NCBI GenBank assembly: GCA_964016885.1
Contig: OZ024745.1
Span: 93,248,001-93,312,000 of the forward strand
Length of the DNA: 64,000 nt
Direction of reading: 5' to 3'
Source of the DNA: Eledone cirrhosa
Lineage: Eukaryota
This document shows, piece after piece, positions 1 through 12,955 of this stretch (positions are counted from its first letter, which is position 1; each line of letters starts with the position of its first letter). Below the pieces are notes generated by a model. The model worked only from the letters and a program-made list of their open reading frames with translations. It made no database searches and was not told where the DNA came from. The translations under genes were made by a program, and so were the position numbers.

Positions 1-502
1 GATCAAAGTTTTTCTCATCAAAGAAAAACCAAAGCACTGCAGGCTTTTGATGCTTCAACTTGCTCAACAAGTGTTTTTCAGACATGAATTGGCCTCTCCA
101 CCACATCACATATGTCTTGTATCGAAGGTCCTCATACACAATTCTTCTGGTAGTGTGCCTTGAAACCTTGAGCTCTTTAGCAATGACGCTAATTGATTTT
201 TTGGGGTTCTTATAATTAATTTTCTGTAGCTTCCATACAAATTTGAGTGTTCTGGTGGTATTAGGACCTTTAGCAAGTGTTTTACATTTGGCTATTGTTG
301 TAGAATCCCTATGTGTGGCTTGCAACAAACGACGTGCAACTTTCAGGAAGCAAGCATTCTGTAAATCACTATGGCAATGATTACAGCGTGTCTTTTCATT
401 TACTGTCATCATTTATCTGAAAAGAAATGGTAATCAGAACAAGTTAGAAAAAAGTTAGAGCTATTACAAGAAATGTCCTCAAAGAACTGAGCAACCACTG
501 TA
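1..502 (-). mobile_element. Tc1/mariner-superfamily DNA transposon, 5' part (degenerate transposase), runs off window start
   Basis: Minus strand starts TA|CAGTGGTTGCTCAG (TA target plus TIR-like end at 500-502). Translation across lesions gives KNPKKSISVIAKELKVSRHTTRRIVYEDLRYKTYV...LLSKLKHQKPAVLWFFFDEKNFD: HTH region and first catalytic D (F-x-DEK-x-F). Confidence 0.75.
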
Positions 503-1549
503 CTTTTAGTTGTTCAAGCAATATGTGAAAACAGAATTGTTTTGATAAGTTTATTTCTTTCTATGGAATCGGTTAATCGTAATATAATAAAGCGCAGTTC
601 AATGTTTCACTATAATAATTTTCTTGAAAAAAATAAAAATTGAATCTTTGTACATGGGAGAGCGAGAGAGAATCTGTCATATTTAATGAATAATGTAAAA
701 ACTTGAGTCTCTTGAATCCCTAGATTCCCAATCATCATTTTCAATGAATTGAGATCAATATTTTTTCTGTTTTACTAGTATTTTTTAACTTCCTCAGAAA
801 TATTTGTTGTCTTAAGAGAAGCTACGAAAGTAAGGCATATTGTTGCTTTGAGGATATGAGAGCATGATTTTTCTCATAAACATTTCTAACTAGAGTGATA
901 AGAAAGTTATATTTTTGTACTGGTCAATGTGAGATAGAAATACCTTCCATTTTTGACATTCACTTGGTCTGGCTGTAGTAAGGATAATTTCTAATCTAGA
1001 TACAAGACCAGAAATTTGATTATATCAATCCCAGTATTTGATGGTGGTTTGTTTTATCTACGCTGAAAGGATAAAAGGCAAAGTTGATATCAGAGGAATT
1101 TGTAAAGAGCAGAAACAAAGTTGCTCTAACAATTTCAGCTGATTCTCTGTTTTTAGTGAAAGTAAGAATAAAGCTATTTCTAGAAGGTTCAGTTATTATG
1201 GGTGCAATCATGGCTGTTGTAGTTAAGAAGTTTGCTTTACAATTACATGGGTTTGGATTCATGGGAATTGAGGCAAGTATTTTCTGCCATAGCCTTGGAT
1301 TGTCAAGTGCCATGTGAGTAAAATCTGGTAGACGGGAACTGCAGAAGAGGGTTTGTGTATATATATTTTTTTATAACAGCACAAACAAAACTAGCAAATT
1401 GGAACAGAAATACCGTCCAACTGTTATCTCCCTTTAAATAAATATCTATTTCCTGTTTCATAGCTTACAGGATAGATGAAATAGTGTACTGGAGTCGATG
1501 CTCCAGCTTGTGTGTGGGAGGGGAGCGTATATGTGTTTGTACATATATG

Positions 1550-1599
<50 letters not shown>

Positions 1600-1609
1600 C
1601 ATACATAAA

Positions 1610-2015
1610 GAGACATACTTTATTATGAAAAAGTAATGAGTTTAATTTTTCTAGTTTCACCTGTGTACTCGTAGGATTATCAGTCTTGTCTGATATCCTG
1701 TGAAAATCTAGATTAACAAGACTCATCATAAGCCATAATAGAGATTATTATTAAATTCTATTCTAAGGGCGGGTGGATTGGCAGTATCGGTAGGGGGTTC
1801 GACGACATGCTTTCCAGCATAGATACGCCCCTTTACGAACTGAGTTCAAATCCCGCCGAGGTTAACTTTTGCCTTTCATCCTTACGTGGTCGATAAAATA
1901 AAGTACCAGTAATGTACTGGGATAATTGCTGTCTATGTTCCAAAAGTAGAAACAATTATTAAATTCTATTTCAGTATTGAGTACTCATTCTCATGTCTTG
2001 TCATCATCCCATGTA
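1610..2015 (+). mobile_element. Penelope-like pseudo-LTR remnant in (TA)n with decayed hammerhead, interrupted by a SINE
   Basis: Flanked by TA microsatellites; hammerhead-like fold at 1682-1723; carries GTATTGAGTAC motif shared with 31881, 33386(-) and 36209. Confidence 0.45.
1768..1960 (+). mobile_element. tRNA-derived SINE, family A
   Basis: Box A-like TGGCAGTATCGG, box B GAGTTCAAATCC, core GCCTTTCATCCTTACG..GTCGATAAAATAAAGTACCAG, ATT tail; target duplication attattaaattctatt on both sides; many copies in window. Confidence 0.85.
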
Positions 2016-2468
2016 CATATGTTTATGTATATATATATATATACACATGTGCATATGTATGTAGATGTATATGTGTATATACATGGGTGCATGTGTATGT
2101 ATGTGCAGGGACATAGAAATAGTCGGGCTGGACAACCAATCGCGCAGTTAAACCACTGGGAGTGAAGGACCCCTAGCCTTTGTCAGGGCATTCTTCTAGG
2201 GTAACTCAGGAAACTGGGATAACTCCGATATAAAACCTGCAGCTCAGTAGTTACCGATGATGTTGATCTTTTCTTCTTTTCAGGTTATAGCTACTGTCGC
2301 TCAGAGAGTGGGATTGGCTCCGTGCACAGTCTTTCCTCACTTTAAAAAAATCTTCACGCACAGGCATTGCACGATAGAATTAATTAATAATTATTAATAA
2401 TGGTATATCGTGCAATGGTCATACTCGATAACGAGGGGGCAGCCATCATATATATATATATATATATA

Positions 2469-2646
2469 ACTGTTTCTACGTTTTGCACAAGGCCAATAAT
2501 TACCCAGTACATTACTGGTACTTTATTTTATCGACCCCCGTAAGGATGAAAAGCAAAGTTAACCTCGACAGGATTTGAACTCAGACCGTAAAGGGACGTA
2601 ACTATGCTGGAAAGCATGGTGTCCGACCCTCTACCGATACTGCCAA
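2469..2646 (-). mobile_element. SINE family A copy
   Basis: Reverse complement of the 1768 element; near identical to 26640-26826. Confidence 0.85.
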
Positions 2647-2895
2647 TGGCCTAGTGGTAAGGGTGTTGGACTTATGACCATAATGTTGTGTGTTGTGTTC
2701 TTGTGCAAAACACTTCATTTCACGTTGCTCTAGTATACTCAGCTGAAAATGAGTACCAGCAATAGCTGGGAGTTTAACCCTGCGATGGACTGGCGTCCTG
2801 TCCAGGGGGGAGTAATGTACTCTGTCGCTTAATGCCATGGAAACCAGATAAGCACTGACCTGATGAGCCTCCAGGCTTGAGACAGACATTAGAAC
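2647..2895 (+). mobile_element. Second tRNA-derived SINE type
   Basis: TGGCCTAGTGGTAAGG box A-like head; body CCTGCGATGGACTGGCGTCCTGTCCAGGGG resembles a conserved animal SINE central domain (from memory). Confidence 0.6.
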
Positions 2896-2913
2896 TTTAT
2901 GTATGTATGTATG

Positions 2914-2948
<35 letters not shown>

Positions 2949-4516
2949 GTGTGTGTGTATAAATATATATATACACATATATGTATGTATGTAACTGGAT
3001 CTTCCCTACATTAAATTGCATGTTGTTATCATTAACCTACCTTTATGTATTTAGCTTCTGCGGCTCTCTCTTTAAGTTTTTGTATTTTTTCTGATTCATC
3101 TGATCATCTGTTCACTGTTGTTTATATATGCTCACATTGCACATCCCGATAGAACATACTCACTTCATTTCTTTCCATCCTTCTCCGTTTAGTCCCCAGG
3201 CTTTGATACCATTAAACATTGAACTTCATACACAAGCATTATATTATATAAAAAGGATTAATACTTCCTACAACTTTTCCAACTCCATCGTTACTCGAGC
3301 TACTATGGTTATACACCACTCACTTAGTTACCAATACAACAGAAGCTGTCAACTTTTCTATCAGCTTTCTGGATTGTTCAAATTATTAATTTCATCTGCT
3401 GCATTATGAAGTATTTTTTTCTGTTAGTCAATCTCTAATCCTATTGCAACTTTTCTGCATATCAAACATGTCTAATGCTTTCTTGTTAAAACTTTTGTCT
3501 TTGCTAAATTTATTTTTAGTTCTTTAAATTTTAGATCTTGTTTCCACATTTGGAATGTTTCCTTTATTTGATTGATTTAGTTATGAGATTGAGATAATTG
3601 CCATACAGGAGTTTTGAGTCCCTCTGTCATGGCCTTGAGATCTAAAATAAAGGGAATTGGAACAGAGTCCAGATGGGCACTTACCGTCATGCTAAATTCC
3701 ACACTGAATGAGTTCAGTGTAGAATTTTGCATACAGATATCAATCGGGACTCAGGAAAAATAACTCGTTGTTAAATCGTACCTTACTGACAGCAGCCACA
3801 AACATGGCTTGCTCTGCTCTCACAAGCCATTCATCTACAATGTGAGAAAACTTGGTGTAAATTTTACTCACCGTTTTCTTAGCAACAATCAGAATACAGA
3901 GAATCTTTTACACTGTAAAGTAATTGGTGCTAAGGTATCTAGTAGTAGCAACCATACCAAAAAATGGAACGTACAAGCAAAAGGTGGCCCTCTAACCCAT
4001 CTAGGAGGGCAGTAACTCTAAATAAGAATGAACTTTGACTTTAACAACTTGTTGAACCAATGCCATCATAGAAAGCAGAGGTAACATGATGTTGATGTCA
4101 TTTTTACATCTGCTTTCCTTGCTGGCATGGGCTGGATAGGTTGTCATGGTTCATAGTTTTGAAACAACTAAAGAGAGAGTTGTTAGGAAACATTTGTTGA
4201 CCCAGAAGTGTTCAATGAAGATCTGTAGTCAGGTTGTCACTCAGAAAATAAGTCTTAGTCGTGAGTTCCGTTTTTGGCATAGCTTCTATGGCTGGTTGCC
4301 CTTCCTAACACCAGCCACTTTACAGAGTGTACTGGGTGCATTTTATCATGGTGCCACATTGTAGATTTGCAGCAAGTTCAGCGATCTTGTGATGACTTAA
4401 AAGTCAGCTAGCAAGGACATGGCCACTGTTTTTGAAGATAATGATAGAATTTTTGTTGCCTGGCTATCTTCAGAAGAACAGTGAATGCAGAATACTACTC
4501 TAATTTGCTTTGCATA

Positions 4517-4742
4517 TTAACCCTTTAGCATTTAAACCAGCCATATCCAGTCTGTATTCTCTCACCTCTTTCTGTTCAAACTGGCTGTAACCAGCCGCTC
4601 ATACTGATGTTAAGGTATTGTTCTCAAAATAAATATCAAAATCTCATAGCTTCTATATTATTAGGGATAATTATGTGAGATAAAGTGTTTACTGTGAAAA
4701 TATAATAGTAAATATAGAGTAATGTAAATGCTAAAGGGTTAA
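4517..4742 (+). mobile_element. piggyBac-type MITE (~220 bp)
   Basis: TTAA at both ends; 14-bp TIR CCCTTTAGCATTTA / TAAATGCTAAAGGG; about ten copies in window. Confidence 0.9.
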
Positions 4743-4789
4743 AGGATGCACTGAAAGAAAAATGGCAAAGAAACTTGTGGACAGGTGTT

Positions 4790-5070
4790 CTGTTTTTGCA
4801 GTGCAATGCTCACACAACTAGTAAGATAATGGATATTTTGAAGAATTAGATCATCCATCCACTCTTCTAATCAGTTTTCACTCTATCAAGCTAGTTCTAT
4901 TCTCAAATCTTAAAATAAGTTTAAAAGGGAGCAAATTTTCTGATAATTCTAAGATAACAGCAGCAGAGAGGCATTTCAGCCACCAATCATCGGATCTATT
5001 TTTAGAGAGATTACAGAAACTTAAGAGGTGATGTGTTGAACTGCTGGGTGAATGTATGAAATAACACATA
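4790..5070 (+). mobile_element. Highly decayed mariner transposase C-terminal remnant
   Basis: Degenerate traces of LxHPPYSPDL and KCVELxGEYVE-like segments; many lesions. Confidence 0.35.
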
Positions 5071-5334
5071 TAATTGATGGTTGCCTATTATTCCCTTGTT
5101 AGTTAGAAAACAAAAAATAAAGGTAGTTCTCTCTCAACTGCCTGTAAGATGTTGCATATATTGTCAGTTAACCTACAGTAGTGATTTAACTGCACCAGTT
5201 GTTCTGCTTGTTCCTGGCATAGATCAGAGGAACTTATTATTACAATATTCATCAAGTAATGTTGACAACAACATTGTACTCAATTGTTGAGATGAAGTAA
5301 TCAGAAAATAAAATTGACTTTGGTTGCAATGAAA

Positions 5335-5570
5335 CATCATCATCATCACTGTTTTACGTCCATTTTCCTCACTAGCATGGGTTAGACAAGTTGTCCTGTT
5401 GTGGGCAAAGCTAGGTCAGGTGACCATGTCTTGGTCATACAGAACTGATTTTGCCTTGGTTTCTACAGCTGGATGCCCTTCCTAACACCAACTTCACTTA
5501 CAATGGGTACTGGGCGCTTTTTGTCACGACACCTACACAACCACTTTAGTGTGGGCTGGGTGCTTTTTTT
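5335..5570 (-). mobile_element. 3' UTR fragment of the RTE family at 53535-57000
   Basis: Clear similarity to 53535-53770 (gcatgggttagac..gttgtcctgttgtgggca..ggtttctacagctggatgcccttcctaacaccaac) with (TCA)n tail. Confidence 0.8.
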
Positions 5571-6965
5571 GTTTTAATCTAGACAAATTCCTATTATAAA
5601 TGCATGTATCTACATATAGAGTTAACACAAGTTATGTCCCACAATCTTACATACAAAACACCTTAAAAATGTATTTTAAATGTCTGAAAATTTTAAATAC
5701 TGTTTCAGTTTATTAAGATTCCCATCAGATTTTTTTTACTTGTTTCAACCATTAGATTGCAGCTTTGCTGGGGTACCACATTGATTTAGTCAATCATATC
5801 AACCTCAGTCATTATTTTTCCGTGTCTGGTGCTTATTTTATTGATCTCTTTTTTTTTTTATAAAACTGCTAATTTACAGGATATAAACATACACACAAAT
5901 GTAAACACACGCACACACATGATGGGCTTCTACAGTTTCTGTCTACCAAATTCCACTCATAAAGACTTGATCAACCTAAGGAAAAGAAACCCCTAGAACA
6001 AATCATAAAAGTGACATTAGATTTCCTGCTACAGAATGACTTCTTGTATTAACCATTGCTGATGACACTATAATTTTACTATATTTCTAATGAATCACTA
6101 AAATCAACTACAGCCATCACTTGCGATTGGGTATAACTTGGTAGTATGTACCATGTATTTACTGAGGTTTTATATGCTCATGCAGTTGTAAGTAGACACA
6201 GATACCCTCCCGATCCTCCCCCCTTTTGACCCAGTAGAACATTCAGAATGTGATAACTAGAAGGAAAGAGGGCTGCACCAGCTCTGAGCTGGTATTTTCT
6301 TTATCAACACCGATAAAATGAAAGGCAAAGTGAATCATGGCAGGAACTCAATGCTGAGTCCCGGAACAAATATCCAATGCTCTAATGATTTCATCAAATC
6401 AATTGTCTTCATGAAAGATGAAAGACATTGCAAATGATATTCAAATAATTTCAAAAATAATTAAGAATTTGGAAGTATTTAGTAATATAACAAATTTTCT
6501 CATTAACAAGTTGGTGTTTAGAATATAATTAATGATATCTTAACAAAGGATCTTACATTAAATTAGCTTGGAATGTTTTTAGATAATTTAATGTTTGTAG
6601 ACATTTTAAAATAAATATTATTGTATCATAGAAACTGAGGTGGTTTAGTATGGAAAAGGTTGTGATAAATGCCTCACAGTTTCAAGACAACAGACAAATT
6701 TGGAAACTATATCTGTAGAAGTAAGACTAAAAGACTGCAGCCATGCTGGAGCAACACCTTAAAGAGATTTAGTTGATCATAGCAACTTATTTTTTCAAGT
6801 TCAGTACTTTATCAATCTCATTTTTGTCTGAAGTTCTAAGTTATGGGACAGAACTACAAGTGCAAACACACGTGCACACGCACACACACACACTATATCA
6901 AGCATAAAACTAATATATTTCTTCATTGTACTGTGTCATATGCTTTATTTTTGTTTGCCTTTTGC

Positions 6966-7000
<35 letters not shown>

Positions 7001-7344
7001 TATATATATACATAGACTTGATAAGCTTGTGCAGTTTCTGTCTACCAAATTTGACCCACAAAGTATTGGTCAAGCCAAGGCTGTAGTAGAAGACATTTGC
7101 CCAATGTGCCATGCCATGAAACTGAACACAACTACATGGTTGTGAAGCAAACTCCTTAACCACACAGCCATGTCTACACACACACACACACGTATATATA
7201 TATATATATATATGTACGTACACACACACACACACTCTGTCTCAAATGCTCAGCCTCCTATTGTCACAGATTTATTTTTTGTGATTTGTTAGACAGTAGA
7301 AATGCTTTTAAACAAAAACATGGGCAGCATGTTTAGGAACTTGA

Positions 7345-8335
7345 GGAGGAATACATGTGAAATACAGATTCTTTAAAATGCTTTGAAGGTTCATTGGAGA
7401 GGGCTGATGAATTTTGTTTCCTGGCTGTCCTAATTGCCAGTAGAGGTGTGTGTACTGAAGTCATGGGAATTTGTATAAGAACTAGCAGCAAATATTTTTC
7501 TTTCAGAATGAAGGTCAAATTGTGTAGAGCTTATGTGCAATGTTGCATGTTGGTGAGACATGGGCTTTGAATGTAGAGAACCTACAATATCTGAAAGGCA
7601 TGCTCTACTGGATACGTGATGTTAGTGTACATGAGCAACAAGGTACAGATAACTTGAGTGAAGAGCTGAATGCCGAGACACTGCATCCTTTAAGACGCTC
7701 ATGCTTCCCGAAATACGCCAAAACTACACCTGATGTACCCCTTCCATACACATGCACACATGTGTGTATCATGTCTCATGCACTGTTCATTTTCCTGATC
7801 TTTCTACATTACCCTATGTACTATACATACACTTTTTGATGAGTTGTAGTGCACCTGAGCACTGTACACAATATTTCATTATTATTTATAAGAGGAATCA
7901 AATGTGGTGTGCAGGAGAGTAGACTACTGTGGTGTGTATGGAGGATGTCAATTATATAATGAATTGCTTAACCCTTTAGCATTTAAACCAGCCATATCTG
8001 GCCAGAATTCTCTCACCTCTTTCTGTTCAAACCAGCCATAACTGGTTGCTCATACTTATGTTAAGGTATTGTTCTCAAAATAAATATCAAAATCTCATAG
8101 CTTCAATGTGAGATAATTATGTAAGGTAAAGCCTTTACCATGAAAATACACTAGTATATACAGGATAATGTAAATGCTAAAGTGGATGTAAGCTGTAGAA
8201 AGTGGGATCCTATTTTGACAAAGTGGTGAAGACTAAACCTCATAAAAGAGATGACAAAGAACTGCAATAACACATGATGCTGGAAAAGATCCTCCCTCTG
8301 ATGTAAGCAAGATAAAATGGTTGTTAAAATAATGT
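7345..8335 (+). mobile_element. Decayed RTE LINE 3' part, interrupted by a CR1 3' fragment (7670-7885) and a MITE (7968-8181)
   Basis: MLHVGETWALNVENLQ resembles MLHGSETWALKVEDL of the RTE at 53834-54283; 7670-7885 matches 46440-46785; MITE has CCCTTTAGCATTTA TIR. Confidence 0.65.
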
Positions 8336-9175
8336 TAGTTTCTTGTCTAGTATAATCCTACTTAAGTCCCTATCTCCACATGCCGTTTGCTACATTTCAT
8401 TTATCTTTCTCTGTCCTATTCACTGTACCATGCCACTGTAATAAGGAATGACATTTGATCTGTCCAAATTATTGTCATTTACTCCAGCCTAGTCCATCAC
8501 AACTCTATGTAAAGAGGGAGGCCATCTCATCTGTTGATATTCATTACCTCTGATCATAACCTATTATTACTAACTATAATTCTCTTTTCTTTATATGACT
8601 CTTGATTGATATTTTCTATGCTCACAATCACCCATCCCTGTTGCTATCCTTACTGTGTAGAGGAAGAATCAACACCCATCTCTCTATTGTCTGAAATCCT
8701 TACTAGCAGGAAAATAGATGTTAAATGACGACGATGATGATGATTAACAACTGATTTTTAGAATTTCAATAGTTCACAAAATCATCTGAATTGATAAGAA
8801 TTTGGTATCCTGTATGATTTCCAATATCAAATAATAGGTTGCTTTCTCTCATGTTTAAAGATCTTTTTATTTAAATGTTTTGTAAGCCTTATAATCAATG
8901 GACCAAAATTACAAAATTATATTAACCCATATTAATTACAGTAAATGTATTAATTTGTCAAAATGAAAAACCAAAAAAGTTTCAATACTTTAGAGAAACT
9001 AGTTAAAATGTAGCTGAAGCTGATTCTACATTTTGTATTGTCACTTCTCTGCTCCAGCTTGTCAACTTATTCTTGGCCTATGTGCCCTAATCTTTAACCA
9101 GGTATTTCCCTTCCTCTTCTTCGGCCTCTCTCCTGTCTTATAAGTCTGACATTGTGTTTTTATTGACACTTTCAG

Positions 9176-9424
9176 GGCAAACTGCTCGGTCCTCTTCTAC
9201 AGCTGAAGCGATCCCATCAGCGGCACTGGGCATCCTCCGCCCAAATGTTGGCTGCTGCTGCGGCTAGCACTCAGCGCTCAATTATAGGAGCTGGCCCTCT
9301 GTCACGGGCATTGTTACCTACGCCGAAGAACATGATGTCATTTCTCAGTTCCCTTCCGCTTACCCGAGGAGTTCCCTATCCCAGCAGATTCCGAACAGCT
9401 CTTGGCTTTCCTGGCCGATTCTGA
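9176..9424 (+). CDS. Putative terminal coding exon of an unidentified gene (GKLLGPLLQLKRSH...RALLPTP...GFPGRF*)
   Basis: Pyrimidine-rich acceptor ...tattgacactttcag|GGC; 82 open codons to TGA; GC-rich island in AT-rich DNA; followed by AT-rich UTR-like sequence with AATAAA at 13946. Confidence 0.6.
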   Translation, partial: GKLLGPLLQLKRSHQRHWASSAQMLAAAAASTQRSIIGAGPLSRALLPTPKNMMSFLSSLPLTRGVPYPSRFRTALGFPGRF

Positions 9425-11145
9425 TTACAGACATATACTTTTAATCATGTAAATTATTGTGAGAGAACAGAATTGTAAAATTAGTTCCTGTTTCAAAATG
9501 ACACAGGACAATCTTAAACAAGGTCGATATCAAACTGGAAAAAAAAATCTAATTTTAATTTTTTGTTCTCTCATTATAAGATGCTGCAAGTCTTTAGTTT
9601 ATGTTGCTGTTAACAAAAGAAATGATTATTTTGTAACCGAAGGACTAATAGTTGAAATATAAACTGTTATTGTTTATATGAACCACAGTTTTTTTAAGTG
9701 GTCTCTTAAAATATTACCAACATCGTAATGCAGTTGTTCATTAATGTTAGTATACTATGGATAACTTTAAATAATAAGATATTTTAGTTTTATTCAGCAA
9801 ATGTCATGACATATATATACTTGTATTTGCTCTGAAATTTGTTGCTAAGTTCTATTAGTAAAACATTAAAAAAATCATCTTTATCGGTCTTAAGCACTTA
9901 AATTTTGATTGCTCTTAGAAGTAAATTGTTGAACATTAAAACAATTGGTGCAGGTTTACTTTGCAATCATGAAGTACGGTGTTCAATCTCACTGCACGGC
10001 ATCTTGGACGAGTGTCTGTAAACATAGCCTTGAGTCAACCAAAGCCTTGTGAGAGTGATATTAGGTAAAAAGAAACTATGAACGCCCGTCAGGTAGACTG
10101 TAGCTATAAATACGAAGTTGCAACCTTGTTATATACTGTCTCATGCTGAATCTCCCTGAGAATTACATTAAGGGTGTATATGTCTGTGGAATACTCAGCC
10201 ACTTACATAACTAATTCAGTTGATTGAACAACTACAGTATTATAATTGAAATTGAGATCTATTTACTTGAAAATATTAACACAGATTATGTAGAAAGTCA
10301 CTCTATGTAATTATTTATTTATTAATTTTTTACAAAACTCTGTTAATAGTTTTCTGTGATATTTTTATTTACTATATTAACTTTGATTATTCTATTATTT
10401 ATTACTATTTTTATATAACAATTTTTTTTTAAATATCAACACTCACACACACTCATACAATGTCAGATCAAGTTGAAAATGGTTTTCATTATATTTAGAA
10501 ATTTGTCAGCCCTTGTGGCTAATAAAGAAATTATTAAATTTAGAAATTTGCTTAAAAACAAGTTAATTTTGATCATACACACACTCACATATACATACAC
10601 ACACATATGAATATTTATTAGCATAAAAATAGGCTTTAAAGAATTTCTTTTCTATAGTTTTGTTCCAATGTGTATTGTAAACGTTTTGCCCATGTTTAAA
10701 ATGTTGTATGAAATCTTTTTTTTTGTTTTGTTTTTTTCCCTCCCCCCAGTCTTTTTTATTGGATCTATTCTCTTGTCAATGATGTTAGAGTTCGTTTGAT
10801 TGATTGATTGATTGTCTCTGCTGGAGACTATTTCATTGTGATGTTTTATAAAAGCACCAAAATATATATATTACCTGAAATGACTCAGTGGAAAGAGACA
10901 AGAGAATACATCTGAAAGTTCTCATCTTTTTGTCAACGTGTATAGTATTTTGGTATGCTTTTCTGTGTCATTTTTGTATGTGTTTTTGTATATTATTTTG
11001 AATTTCTTCCAAGAGTTGTTGTTTTTTTAATGTGTAGTTAGTTTAGATATATGTTTTTGGTGTTGTCGTTGCTTCCAAATAATACATTCCAAACTACAAG
11101 TTATCTTAATTTCATTATATATATATATATAGACACACACACACA

Positions 11146-11515
11146 ATATAGAGAGGAAAAAACACAGGAGAATGTGTTTTCAATTACAGGGTGTATAAGA
11201 CCACTCACACATTCTCTTTCCATGTGCTACAGGTCAATTATTTTAGGTCTCCTTAGTGAGGGACATATCAGCTTAACACATGCTGACAATCCATAGGATA
11301 AATTGGCCTCCCTCACTAATTTATGGTGAAACATTCTCTGAGTGAGTCTGTACATGTGTGATTTAGTGATAAGGTGGGTTATTTCATTTTAATTTATCCT
11401 TTTAATTATAATGTATTTCCCAAAACTTTCATAGTTTATGTTTTTCACGCTAGGGGTCTTAGACCCCCTGTAATTGAAAACACATTCTCCTGTGTTTTTT
11501 CCTCTCTATATTGTA
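11146..11515. repeat. Foldback: ~55-bp inverted repeat arms around a ~250-bp spacer, next to (TA)n
   Basis: atatagagaggaaaaaacacaggagaatgtgttttcaattacaggg..taagacc is inverted at 11455-11515. Confidence 0.7.
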
Positions 11516-12210
11516 TTTTCAAGTGCCCAGGAATTCTTTCCTTTGAGCTCAATGAATTACAGGGATAAACATGAGTCCTTTACTCCGTTGCTTTATTTGA
11601 TATATATATATATATTTGTATTTCATTTGTATTATAGTCATATCCGTTTTAGTTTCATTAATCCTTATTTATTGCCATTTCTATTGGTTGTTTCTTTTAT
11701 GTAAAATGAATGACACGTTTTGAGTTGTTGTTGAGTATATAACTTCATGTCCTTCTCTAGGTGTCTTGTTGTTTCGGGACAAAAACAATTAATTTCACAA
11801 GCCTCAGTTGATTTAATTGTTATAGATTGAGACCTTATTAGGGAGAGAGTTTGTTACTTTTTGACCTTTTAACATTCAAACCAGGCACAATAAAGAAAGT
11901 GCTGTTTATATCATATCAGTCGTACCTGGCCTTGTGGGTACATTTTGTAGCACTCCCTGCCCCTCCTAATCAATCAGAAATTACAATTACTTTTTTTCCT
12001 TATGTAATTTCCATCATTTTTATTTATATAGACCAGCTCCTCTAACATTTTTCATTCTGTGCATGTTAAAAGGTTTAAAGTGACACGAACTGGAGATGAG
12101 CTGTGACTCAGTTTTGTGGTAATTCATGAAAGAACTAGCTATCTTAAACAGTTTATTAACTTGTTTTATTTTATGATGTCTCTTAACTTGAATTAGTTTC
12201 TTGTTTTCAC

Positions 12211-12439
12211 TTAACCCTTTAGCATTAAAATTGGCCATATCCGGCCAGAATTCTCTCACCTTTTTCTGTTCAAACCGGCCATAACCGGCTGCTCATACTT
12301 ATGTTAATGTATTGTTCTCAAAATAAATAATATAAAAATCTCGTAGATTCGATATTATGTGAGATAATTATGTAAGATAAAGCCGTTACTGTGAAAATAC
12401 AATTGTATGTATAGAGTAATGTAAATGCTAAAGGGTTAA
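12211..12439 (+). mobile_element. piggyBac-type MITE
   Basis: TTAA-CCCTTTAGCATT...AATGCTAAAGGG-TTAA; complete copy. Confidence 0.9.
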
Positions 12440-12805
12440 TGTTTTTATATTTCTTTGTTCATAGCTGTATGGTTAAACAGTTCACTTCACAATCATGTTG
12501 TTCTGGGTTTAATCTCACTACAAGGCACCTTGGACAAATGTCTTTTCCTGTATCCTTATGATGACCAGTGTCTTGTGAGAGGAATTTGGAGGGCAGAAAC
12601 TGTGGAAGTGCATCATATATGTGTCCGTCCGTCCATGTTTATGGTGTGTTCCTATATATCCCATAAATTAGTAGTTTGGCAAATAGAGATCAATAAAGTA
12701 AGCATAACATTGAAGTAAACCCTGGGGTTGATATGATTGACTAAACTCGTGGAAGCAGTGCCTCTGCACTGCTGTAGTCCAATGGCTGAAACCAATAAAA
12801 GAGTA

Positions 12806-12955
12806 TACAGGTAAAATTCCATTATAACGAAACTTTTTTTCAATCCCCTGCCACACGTTCGATGTGTTAAGTTGGTCTCATTATAAAGAATTTTTCGTTA
12901 TAACAAATTTTTTGTTTATACCCTGTGAATTTCGTTATAACAGAATTTCACGGTA
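12806..12955. mobile_element. Small TA-flanked MITE (pogo/Tc1-like)
   Basis: Imperfect TIRs TACAGGTAAAATTCCATTATAACGAA / TTCGTTATAACAGAATTTCACGGTA; internal TTATAAC repeats. Confidence 0.55.

Noticed and set aside
2859-2885. CTGATGA-GCCT-CC-AGGC as a hammerhead
   Set aside because: No GAAA half-core or stem I/III; part of a SINE tail.
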